NCBI GenBank assembly: GCA_001687465.1 | Contig: LVLI01000652.1 | Span: forward strand, 1-34,771 | DNA length: 34,771 nt | Source: Halocafeteria seosinensis | Taxonomy: Eukaryota | Direction of reading: 5' to 3' | Shown here: positions 9,729 to 21,700 of the stretch, one piece after another | Layout of the letters: every line of letters begins with the position of its first letter | Numbering within the stretch: the stretch's first letter is position 1 | Made by a program: the position numbers and the translations under genes | Notes under the pieces: model-generated | Database searches by the model: none | What the model was told of the DNA's origin: nothing | The model's input: the letters and a program-made list of their open reading frames with translations, nothing else

Positions 9729-12700
9729 ATGGACGATCATACCAACAATGCTGCTTTGGGGGATGCTAATGCTGCCGCTGCCGCTGGCGGCACTGGTACT
9801 ACCACTGACAGTACAGGGAGAGGAGGACGAGCTCGGGCGAACACGACACTAAGTGCTCACGGGATTCCTGATACGGGTCTCTCTATGGCTTCCCTGGAGG
9901 AAGTCAAGGAATTTCGTACCATCCTAAAACAGAGTCCCGCGAACATCAAAGAGGGGCAAGGAGATATATTTGCATCCGTTTTATCCAGATTAGGTGACAC
10001 AGGCTTGCTTCGGAAACTGACAGCTCCGGTTTCCGTTGGGAAGTTTTTCAAAGCAGCACCTGTAACTAGTCTGTCAGAGCACACTTCTCAGAATATCCTC
10101 AAACAGGTCACACTGAAAGACGAATCTTTCGAAGCTTCTTTGGCTGCCGGTGTAGTAGAACACTGTCAGTCATCAAACCTTCGAGAAACGTTGGCTCACT
10201 ATTCCCGGAAGCTTGTTAGATACGCGTTGCTAAGCCCAAAGGAAACGTCCAACTTGATCGAGAGGCAAGTTGCTCTTTTACAGTATATGCATAACTTGGT
10301 ATCATCTAAGCGTGAGAAGGGTGCCACGTCGACGAAAGTTATACCTACCTCAGCTGAATCCTCCTCTGCATCTGCAACCGGGACGTCTCCAGCGTTGAGC
10401 ACCCGCTCCCGAACACGAGGTGCAGATGTCAGCGCACCGTCGGAGGAGGGCGTAAAAACGGAGGAAGCAAACACTGATGCAAGTGTATCTGTGGCTGACA
10501 AGGTTCCCAAAGGAGCAAGAGTGGTTCCTGACCACAACTATAGACCCGAGACACTCTCGCCCGGGACCCTCGTGGTTCGCGGTAAGGATTGGAACCCAAC
10601 GGACGAGGCTGACGGAGGTCTAGGATACGGCGAGGTGGTGGAGATGACGAACTGGAACGATGAAGAGAATAAGGGTGTTGTGGTGAAGTGGCATCACTCT
10701 GGGGAGGGTCAGCCGACGACCAAGTCGTACCGTTGGGGTGCTCAATCGGTCTCTGGGCGGCCTCTGTATGAAGTCGCCGTTGCAGAAATTCTACCTCCAG
10801 TTGAACCATCAGATTGGCAGGATGATATTTGTGCCTGGTTTTGTAAGAACGAGCTGCAGCCGACCACTCCAGGTGAAAAAGAAGAATCGCAAACCAGTGG
10901 TATTACCGCCGAAAAGCTCATTGATGCATTGGCGTTTGCAAGCCGCTCCTGCTCGTCTGGGGCATCGAGACATAGTAGTGTGTCTGGGCAATCTGCCACT
11001 GATACCCTGACTTCTCTAAAGGGGTTTCGTTGGGAGAGGAAAAGAAAGCGGAATGACAACGGTGATGGTGGAACTCCGAACCGCCGGAATCGCTCGAAGC
11101 GTCGCCCAAAACACTCAGACGAAGGTGATCATATTAGCTCTCATCCTGCGACGTTTGAGAGCTCTTCCGGACCCTTCCAAGCTCCTAGCGAAAGTGTCTT
11201 CCACACCACCGTAAAGGGTATATTTGACAAAGTAATTGAGAAGTTTCTAGCCGAAAATGGGGGTGAGAAATGGAATCCTCAAGGAGAAGTCGAAATTTCT
11301 GACGAGCTACAAGAAGTGAGCTGTGCAGGCTGGCTGTCGTATCTGCGGTTGTTACAGCGACACCTGTTGGAAAACTTAATCGGGTCATTACAGACAAGTG
11401 ACTCACATGCAAGTGCTTTGGGATCGTTCAACGTTGCTTTAACCCCCTGGATCCAATGGTGGCATCTTCTCGTAGACACTTTGTCGATACTGACAGAACA
11501 TGTAGATCAAACTGTGACTGGGTATATGAAGCAGGCTGAGATTGAGGTCGGAAAATTGGATGGAGAATTCACTGAGCAACAGTTCCAATCTGTTTTAAAG
11601 CATTTGGAGAATAGCATGGGTGTATTGTCGAATTTATTTGAAACGGGAATCACAGACATGCTACACCCTTCTATAACCGTATTATCCCTTGGCACCGGTC
11701 TAGCTTCTCCGCCTGAAATTCGGCACAAGCGTGTGCAGCCTCATGATACTGGCAGTGTAGTTTCTGAAGTGGAAACTACCTTGTCGACGCTTTCATTCAG
11801 GGGAATGAAGTGCCTTCAGTTTTGCATAAGCAGTTTTGTCGAGTTCCCCAAGCTACTGAAAGGGTGGTTTAAATTACATGAGGGTGCTAACAAAATGCGA
11901 GAATGTTTAGTATCCCTAGGAAAGGTGTTGTCTTCCCGCAACTCGAATGGAGCGGACTCTTGTGAGTCTGATACTAGCGCTTCGAAGCTAGCCGAGCGTC
12001 TGGTATACTCTGGCTCAGTGTTAGACCACTTGGCAGAGGACGTGAGCTCCTTGTCTGGTGTTGCGAAGTCTGGCCAAAAACCGGAAGGGCTTGGGGATGT
12101 TTCAAGAGAGGTTAACGAGTTAGACAACGAAGAAAATTGGGGAAACATGGTTGATGTTTTATGCCACGGATTGCTTTCGGATACAGTTACTAGCAGATTC
12201 GCCTCCACAGTTCCGCAGGTCTTCCATCTGAGGTCAGCCGTTGACAAAACGGCTGCTGCGTTGTCGCACACCGCTGGAAGACTTGGACATGTACTGGTCA
12301 CTTCTGTGCCGCATCATCAGGTGGAGGATCAATCGGAAACGAAGGCTTGGTTGAGAAGCTGCGTCGTTTCTGGTGGCTTACAAGGGGGTGACATGAGTCG
12401 TTCAGATGCTCTGAACTCGTGGCTGCAACCGTTGCTAGATGCCTCTACGTTAGGCTGTGCGGACTGGTTCTGGGGTAGATGGCAAAATTGCGACTTACAT
12501 CGGAAACGGGATGATCTTCAAAGTTCGACTGATTACTCCTCTCTCCCTGAACAAAAGCTCTCGTGCGCCTTACCTCTAGCGTTTAAGCCTCCTGCGCTAT
12601 CACGGGAGGAGTCGCGTAAGCTTGCGGCAATTGGACGCAGCAATGTCAAGGCTCCTTTGCAAGTATCCGAAATCTCCAGGCTATCCCCGTCTAAGTTGAT

Positions 12701-15700
12701 TGAAGCATTTAAACAATCGAGGAAAGTTAGCGTACCCTTACCAGAGAGTATACAGGAGGAATTATCGGTTAAGCTAATGGAAGTGCCCCTGGTCTCGGTC
12801 GCGGGCCTGTGGATGGACAGTCATCTTGGTGGAGCGTTGTCAGGGATAGCTAAACGGAGGGCACGTTCCCGTGCTGTCGAAGGCTGGGATGGTGTTTCGG
12901 TCCCACTACTTTCTGAGTACGCTACACCGTTCCCCGAGACAGAGTCGGTGTTCCTTGCTTCCCTTTTGCATCATGTTTCCGCACTTAGTACTGTCGCTTC
13001 AACTGATCGCGATTCTATAATGGGTGTGCCAGAGGAAATGTTGCAGGGCATTTCCTCTGTTCTAAGGGTCATATCAGAACAGCCAGGGGAATTGCTTTCT
13101 TTGTACACGGATCACAAAGGTCCGAAGAATATGAACTCGCCTCAAGTGGAGGCTAGTTTACATCATGTGCGACACAACACTGTTACTCCTTCGGCTGCTA
13201 TCCAGGCGGCGGAAAGATGCTTGACAAGTCTCCGGGGCTACTTATGGTCCCAAAGGGACTATGCCAAGTCCGGCATGCTAGAAAAATCGAATGAAGTGAG
13301 CCTAGATGAACCAGTTGCGGCATCGAAGCCTAAACCTAGCTCCCGAAGCGCTGCTGCGCCAAGTAGTGAAACAGCCTCAGGCAATGCTCGGCATCGGCGG
13401 CGTGGTAGGTCTGGCAGCAGCCAACAGCAGGAGCGTCCAAATTCGTCGTCCTCTCGGAGCAAACAGTCAGACGCTGCCCCTAAGTTGTTGAAGATCGAAG
13501 CGCCTACCTCCATGGCCGAAGTGTGTGATTCCATCCAGGAAAGATGCTTTTTTATGTTGTCAATTTCTCCCGCTCGCAGAAGTGCGGTTGGTTATACTGA
13601 AAATGACGCCCCCATGGGAGAGACCAGTACACCACACGCAGGGAAATCAATGAAGCCCAAAAGAGTAGAGTTGACACCTCTATTGTCCAGGTGGAAGTCC
13701 CAAGATGACGCGAGTAAGGTTATGATGATGAGTTCCCACCAGCAAAGTCAAGGCTCGACTGAACCACCGCCTCTGTCCCTAGACAGTGCGCAAGTCAACG
13801 TTTCGAGCGAGTCTCGCAGTGCCAAGATGCACGATCGCACTTCCGGGGAGAGTGTGTCGTGTGGTGCCGTACCTCATATTGGGAAGAACCGTCTTTCCTG
13901 GATTTCGTCTATGTGTTATACCTGCCTAAACTATGCGAAGTACGGACATAATGTTCCCCCGCGTTTGCTTTTGCCCCTCTTGTTTGTACGACAAATCCGG
14001 GCGGCTGTCCGATCTTACGGGCTAACGCTGTGGGCTTCAGTGTTGCGCACTATCATGGGTGTTGATGAGTCAAGGGAGCCTCTTGGATCTGGGTCTGTCA
14101 GCGATGCCTTCGGTGTGGAAGCTTCGCAACCCGCTGCAACTGTCGAAACGCGCTGGTTCTCTGGAAAGGCGGATCGATTACGCATAGTACGAGAAGCTCT
14201 TCTTCCGGCCAGGGACTCGCTGGGTGATTCCCACAGGTATTGTGCTAGAGGAGGCCCGTCTAATGCAATCCAGGAATCCGTGCGGATGAAGCACAATTAT
14301 TTGAACAATTTAGAAGGAGTTTCTGATGATTCCCTTCGGCTCGTGCAAAGCGCTTGGGCTGATATGTACGTGGGGGTTTCTGCAATTCTGGCAGTCTCAG
14401 CTCATGTAGGCGATTCCCTAACGGGTGCCATCTGCTTATGGTGCTGGAGTGTAGACCTTCTCCGCGGAGACCATGAAATGCTTTCTCGAAGTGGAGTATT
14501 GAAACTCATTTCCGATCTGGCGTCTGCAAATAAAGAATCTGATAGCGAAGTGGAGACCACAGCGCTCTTGTCTCCGATTGCCGATGGTGAGTCGGGCGGT
14601 GGGCAAGCTAGCGGACAAGCTACCAACAACCAACGTCAGGACCCTGGTCCAGAATTGCCTCCACTGGACGAAAGCTGGAGCATGATGGATCGTGAAGCTG
14701 TTGGTGTGGCGCTGGAGAGTGGTGCCATGCAGGTTCAACAAGTGGTTGACCACATTAAAGGGTTCGTGAATACACGTTTAGGAAGGTCGAACAGACTACA
14801 TGAAATAGGTAGTGAGGCCCAGGCGGACATGTTTCAATCGACTGTCGATGAATTGACCGCCATCCAACAGTTCTGGATTAGTAGGCAGATGTGGCGACCT
14901 GCTAGGGAGCTCTCTAACACTTTTAGCGCGAATACAATGATTCCAATGTTCCAAGAATTTACAGAAGCAGTTGAAGAAACGGAGGTACAAGAAGCTCAGC
15001 GTGCATCAAGAGACTCTGCAGATGTCCAAATGGAGGGTACGGAGAACGCGGAGGAAGCGCCAGTAGATGAGGAAAAAAAGCAGCGAGAGGAGAAGGCACA
15101 AAAAATGCGAGAAAAAGTTGAGAAGATCCACCAGTTGCTGAACAAATCATGGGTACTAGAAAATGATTTCCTCCGTGGTGCTGCGAGTGAACTTTACCGC
15201 TTCCTCATCTGTTCGGTAGTCGGTGGTCGCCGCAACGCCGATGCTGGGGATTCTCATTCTATTTTTGAGCAGCCGTCGAACGTTACCGGACTCAAACTTA
15301 ACCTGACTTCAAGACATAAGGCAGTGTTGGAAGATGCTCCACCTTCTTCGGCTGCTGCCCTTTCGGTGTACTCCGAGGCAGCCGCCTCCACAGTTAGCAG
15401 GCATTGTTCTGCAGGCGAAGAAATCGGCGGAGCCAACTCTTCGTACTGGACCCGCTGGTTGCGTGAAACGGTTGTGGACTGGGTGACGAAGCAGATTCAT
15501 TTTGCGTGCTCAAAATTAAGTGAGCATGTATGTGAGGATTTAGATAACATTCCAGATATGATGGTCGCCCTTCGGCGATGGGAGAGGTTTGAGAGGATCG
15601 TTCACGAGCACATGGTGTGGCTTGCAGCTGTGCGGAACACTACTGAGGTAAAGCAGTGGTTCCACCCGACTTCTGCCGAAACTGGCGGGAAACGCTCTCC

Positions 15701-18700
15701 TGGGGGATTTTCACACCTATGTTGGAGAGTATTTCGTTTTGGGTCACTTCGTCTTCAACAATTGTCTACTGTGCTACTCGCAGACATCTTGCCGTACCAG
15801 AACCCGGCCGCAGCAACGAGTGCTCTCATTGGGAGCTCTAGGTGGTCCTCCAATACCAGCGGATCGCATGCGGACGCGAGGACTGTTCCTCTATTTCTCC
15901 TCTCACTCATTGGCAGTATGGTATCCTTTAAGTATTCTAAATTCCGACAAGGACGACTAAAAGCTTCGATACCCGTTGTCGACTTCCAATCGATTGACGA
16001 GCTTCTTGGCTTGAACCTATCTTCTGGTGGTAATAAAGATTCCCTAACAGTGTCTGTGATGGGTGGATATCGTTGTGGCCACCATGTCATGTCTTTAGCA
16101 TCATTGTCGGTGTCGTTGCTTCGGGCTCTAATCGTTGGTAGCCTTCGGTGGGAAAGGGCGTGCGAGGGGCTATTCGGTAGCATCTTTGAGTGTTTCAATC
16201 AAAGCTCGGGACATGTGTTAGATGATAAAACTGCTAAAAGTGAGACTTTGATGCGTCTTACATATGGTGCTACAGCCGTTCTTGGTGGATTCACTGAGAT
16301 TTTGCGTCCTGGTATAAGAGCGATTCCTGCATCTGCGTGGAAGGCTGGCGCCGAAGCCGGTCTATGGTCGTCACAGAATCTAGCCAAACACTACTCGTGC
16401 CGCGTAGTGAAGTTCGAGCGCGGAAATAATAACGCATGGGTGTTGTATCCTCCAGCGTCTGAGAGTGGTCAAGCCCGATCGGAGGGTGAAGTATCAACTC
16501 CAGCAATTGACACGGGACTTGTTTCCGGGTTTCATACTATGCATCCTGGTTTGGAATCTCGAAAAGTCGCATCCTCAAGTCTCACGCCATTGGACAACCC
16601 GCGCCTATCACCCGAGCAGGTTTCTCGTTTCATAAATCCTACTCTCGGGGTCGAAAAGAGTAGTTACTTGCAGTTCATTTACCAAGTATTGTCAATGGCA
16701 GCCGAAGTAGAAGTGAAGTCTGTTGAAGAGCGGGAGAAGGTTACCGAGCAAGCTCCTTCAAGTTCCCAAATACCTTCCAACAGTTTCCGAGTAACCAAGT
16801 GTGGACAGCTTGAGGAAACTGTTGAGCTGAAGCACGCCGAAAACCAGCATCGGCTGGCTCTATTAATTGCTTGTGCGTCCCGAGCTATTGAATCGTGGAT
16901 AAGTGAGGAACCCTCCGGGTATCCTGTCACTACCGCAGTAGTGAATCATCACACGCAGAACGCCCGGAACCGGTCGTTGCTATCTGTCCTTGTTGACCTT
17001 TCTGCCCGACCTCTTCCCCAATATCGTCTCACACTGCCTCGCCATATTGTTGCTAAAGGCAATATTTGCCTTGAGAGGCTGCTAGACATATCCATAGGTG
17101 ATTCTGCTGTAGGGTATCCAGCTGGTAAGTCCCAGAGCTCATCGAGCAGTGGCGACTATGATCCCGCACTGATAGCCCGGCAAGCTGCTGCAAACGAGAT
17201 CTCATTAATGGGGTTTGATTATGACCTCGCACTTAAGGGGTTAGAAATTAAAGGAGACGATAAGTCCCGTGTCGTCGAATGGTTCCTCAGTGGAGAGGCT
17301 GAGGCATTCAAGAGTGGCGGTGGCTTGGAAGAGTCTTCCAAAGAGACAGAGAATGACCTTAGATACGAAAATGCTCGCAACTTGGCAGTGATGGTTGGAA
17401 AACCACCTCGCCTGTGCATGAAAGCTCTGGAGCTGTGCGGCGACGATCAAAACTCAGCGCTGAATTGGATAATGGACTATGGCGATACTTTTATGCCTGG
17501 TCTCAGTGAAGAACTTCAGACTATTGATTCTAACGAGCTTGAGGAACACCAAAACCGGCTTCTTGGCAATGTAGATGATCGTGCAGTATTGCACGACCTT
17601 GGGCTAGATTCTGGCGGTGGGGCCACTCGGCAGACGATGCAGCAGTTTGACGATATGGACGAAAATGAAAGCGACGGTGAAGAATTGGCGAGTCATGGGT
17701 TTGATAGCGAGTCAGAAGACGATGTTGGGGAGGATGCTCCATTGGAAGATTACGATGATGAAGAGCATGCGTATGGGGACGAAGCAGAAGACGAAGAAGA
17801 AGAGGAGGAGGACGATGAGGAGGAGGAACACAGTGGAGATGAGATGATGGCGAACGAAGGAGATGAGGATGACGGACTAGGGCGCAACATTTGGCTCGCT
17901 GGTTCACCCGGTGTCAGACTTGCCAGGAACGAAGAAACTGCGGAAGAAGACAGAGATGAAGAATTCCAGCATGAAGATGTGGAAGAACACGACGAAGAAG
18001 AAATGGAAGAAGCTGGAGGAGCAGACGGTGGTGCCGGATCCATGTCCCGTCTAATGGACCAGCTGCAGGCTCTTCGTGAAATAACTAGAAACAATTCGAA
18101 TAGGGAGAGACAATGGGCGCCTGCTGTATGGGCGCAAGGTGGCGATGAAGATGATACCGCGGGTGGTCAGTGGGAAACGGAAGCAGGAAACCAAGAAGAA
18201 CGCCGTGAACAGGGTGCTGAAGGTGATATTTCGGCAACTCTTCCTTCATTGCTCTTTCGTCGTGTCACGGCGGCTGTAGGTGGTCGCCCAGGTGAAACGA
18301 TGCGTGATTCCTCTACGATAACAGGGCGAGGAGTTGACGTTCGTCGATTTATGCAGGAATTTCTTGGTGGTGATGCAAGTCTTGGTACTGGTGATGTAGG
18401 ATCTTATAGAGGAACCTCATCCGATGTGCAACGCCAACGTCATGATGCCTTCACAGTTGATGACGAGTTCCTAGGTGATACGTTTTTGTGTCGCGCACAT
18501 CAGTGCCTTGCACCACAGGCTGGCGGATGTGACGAAGTTCAATACCGCCGACCGGCAAGTGTTGAGAAATTAGGCGAAGCCCGGACGGCCCGCATATCGA
18601 AGGACCTGGAAGTAACACCGTGTACTCTGACTGGCTTTGTTGCGTGCCTCTTCAGTGCCCAGCGCCATGATGATGTCTCAATAAATTCCCAGTGGAGGGT

Positions 18701-21700
18701 CCAAGCGGAAACAGGTGTCATTTTGGGAAGTGTAAGGGATGGCGCGAATCCGCATCTGCTGATAGCGGTCAACTGCCTCCACACCGGAAGTGTAAAGTAC
18801 CGGATTGCTTCGCGGAAGCAAATACGCCTGCATGCCTCAATATTCGGTGTGGAAATCAATTCCGATGATCAAAATTGCGCATTGCCAGTGAACAGTGTGA
18901 GTCTAGCCACACAGATGTCTTGCACGCTGCTGTCGAGCAGGCGAGCTTTGATTAACACCATACTTCAATGGCCCTCAGAAGGCGCGTCTGGAAGCGCCTC
19001 GTGGCGACAGTTTATTAACCGTGATTGTTTGTTAAATCTTACCAGATATACTGTGGCCACTGAGGATTGCCTATCTTCTGCTGAAACAGGGTCTGAAAGT
19101 TCAAAGGGAACCAGTGGCTCGGCATTACTGGATAAGATTGGTGCTGGGGTGGCTGTCGGCAGGGGCGGGAAGCTCTGTTTACCTTTGGGTGCCCCTTGTG
19201 TCGGTGCTGTTCTTCTGTTGTTGCGTGAATGGATGTTATGGGAAGGGTCGCAGAGATCCGGAGAGCTTACTTCCCTGTTAGTTGACAATGTTGCTACGAA
19301 TATTGCTTCTGCAACCACTCCGCACGCTTCCGAGGAAAAACCAGTCATAAGAGAATCTCTGCATCCCCACTTTAATCAGTGTGAAGTTCACGATAAAGTT
19401 ACGATACCAGGTGCAAGAGCTTTGTGGGTGACATTCGACCCGAGAAGTCAGCTTGGAATAGGAGGTGGAATGATGTCAAGGGCCCGTCTTCGGTTTCAAG
19501 ACGGACGCACCGGTGATTCCGGTACTCTCGAGTTTGGTGGGGATTCCCGTGAACTACGCCCGTTCGTTGTTCACGGAGACACGCTTTCTTACAGGTTTTC
19601 GACAAGGCACAACCTCTCAGACTCTGGCTGGGGCTATCGTATGATCATTTCCCCTATGCAAGGCTTGGCTTGGAGAAATGAGGTATCAATATGGCGAAGT
19701 GAGCCCAGTTTGGAATGGGCCTGTTGGTTAATGGAATTTCTTCTTAGGCATTCTGTTTCTGACAGCGATGAACACAGCCAAGTTTCTAGCTCCGCTTCAA
19801 GTGGTTTCGCCGCTAGTGATGAGGAGAGTATCATTGTGCCGCGACAGCAGCGTTCCCAGCTCTACAGTGGGAAAGTGTTCCAGGCCCTAGTGCGGTATCT
19901 CCAGTCGCGAGGTACTCCCTTCAAACACCGCGTGATCCAATTAGTCTCACAGATCCTTCGCCGAACAAATATGTTTCCTGAAGGGGATGTTCCCGACTTT
20001 TCTCTTCTACGTGGAATGGAAAAGACTGTGATGGAGACATGCAGAAACTATTTGAGAGAACCTGCGCAAACCCCCAGACCGGGGCTGTTGAGTCTGGTGG
20101 AACTGCTTACTACTGCTAGAAGCGCTGAGAGGGCAATTTCTGAGAAGGAGCAGGGAAAGGGGGATATCCAGAGAACCGCGACTTCTCTTCTTAATGAATC
20201 TGGAGAGCAGAGCTCCCTCATAGACGTTGATAGCGCGGTCTCAGTTTTAAGGACATTTCCGTCATGGTTAAGGCACCACTTCACCACGTTTGGAGAGAGT
20301 GAACTTAGCCTCCCCGATGAAAGTGACAGGGGCATCGCCGCTCGACCTGTCCAGTTTGTACTCCTCGAGACACATGACTTACTCGTAGCCCTTCATTCCC
20401 AGATGCTATGTTACATGGAAGAGCGCAAGGCATCTGGAACATTTTGTTTACCACCTCCGCTGCTAGCTCGGGCTGTTGTCTCCGCTGGTTGGGCAACCGG
20501 GCCGGAGGATATTACTCCAGCGATGCTATTGCGAGCTGCGAAGTCTCTAGGCTCTTGGAGTCCTGTTCAAGACGATCAGCTTGTTCAGTGGACTACCACC
20601 ATTACAAGTCCTGGGCGGCGTGCGAAGAAGACTGAAGTTGAGCAAACGTATGCAAATAGCGAATACGATTTTGATCCTTGTAGGGTAGGTTCTGCTCGGT
20701 CACCGCTGGAACTCCAGCCCAAAACACTGAAGATGCGTAGTCCAACAAGTGTCGCCCCTCCTGATAAGAAGAAGAAGCGTTTTAAACACCCTGCCCCCGG
20801 GTTACCAGACGATACTGTTGTGTTCCCGTCCATTTCAGGTGACCATGTGTCTACTTCGGATCTTCGTCTGCGTTTCGCAGTTATACAGATGCTCAACAAG
20901 CGGCTGAACCATGTATGCCCTCTAATCGATACGGTTCCGTCAGATACGGGTTCCAGCAACACTGATTCCCGAATCGACCAGTCCGAATATTCTAGCACGC
21001 AGTCACTGGGTCAGCGCTTACGAGAATCAGCTCATTTAGTTTTTATAGACGTAAAACTACAGGTGCTAGACAAGGCAGTTAAGAGCACATGGACACCACG
21101 GCGCGGTAGCGGCTTCCGGGTCCGTATTGATAATAACGCAGCCTTTGTATCGCGAGATAAAGCCGTTCATGACGAGAGTGGTGAAGCACGGAGCATTACC
21201 CAAAGCAAATGTCTATTTGTGCAGTTATACCAAGGCCTCCATAAATCGGCCTCCAATACCCTTCGCAATTCTCCAGAATCAGAAGGTGGTACAGAGAGTG
21301 CCGCTGTAGGTCGAGTGCTGGCTCGGGGATTGCGAGCTCATTTGGACCCGAGGGAAAGTTTATTCAAGGTAGAGTACACCGGTGAAGATGGAATGGACTG
21401 GGGAGGTCTTTATAGGGATTGTCTCACTCGAGCACTGGACGATCTTTTCCCCAGTTCGATCGACAGCTCTCTCCCTGGGAGCAGCCGTGTTCCCGTTCCC
21501 AGCGTTGACTTGTTTATCCCGTGTCCCAACCAGATGAAGGGTGCGGGAGAAAATACAGACAAATGGGTTCCCAATGCCTCACATACCTCTCCGTTGGCGT
21601 TGTCGATGTTTAGGTTTGTTGGACGACTCATGGGGATCGCGTTGAGGCACAAGTCGTACTTGCCTTTTGATGTTGCACCTTTGATTTGGGCGCGGATTAT

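Noticed and set aside
17530..18094. Poly-Ser and Pro/Leu-rich minus-strand ORFs
   Set aside because: Antisense reading of the acidic D/E tract of the HECT ligase.
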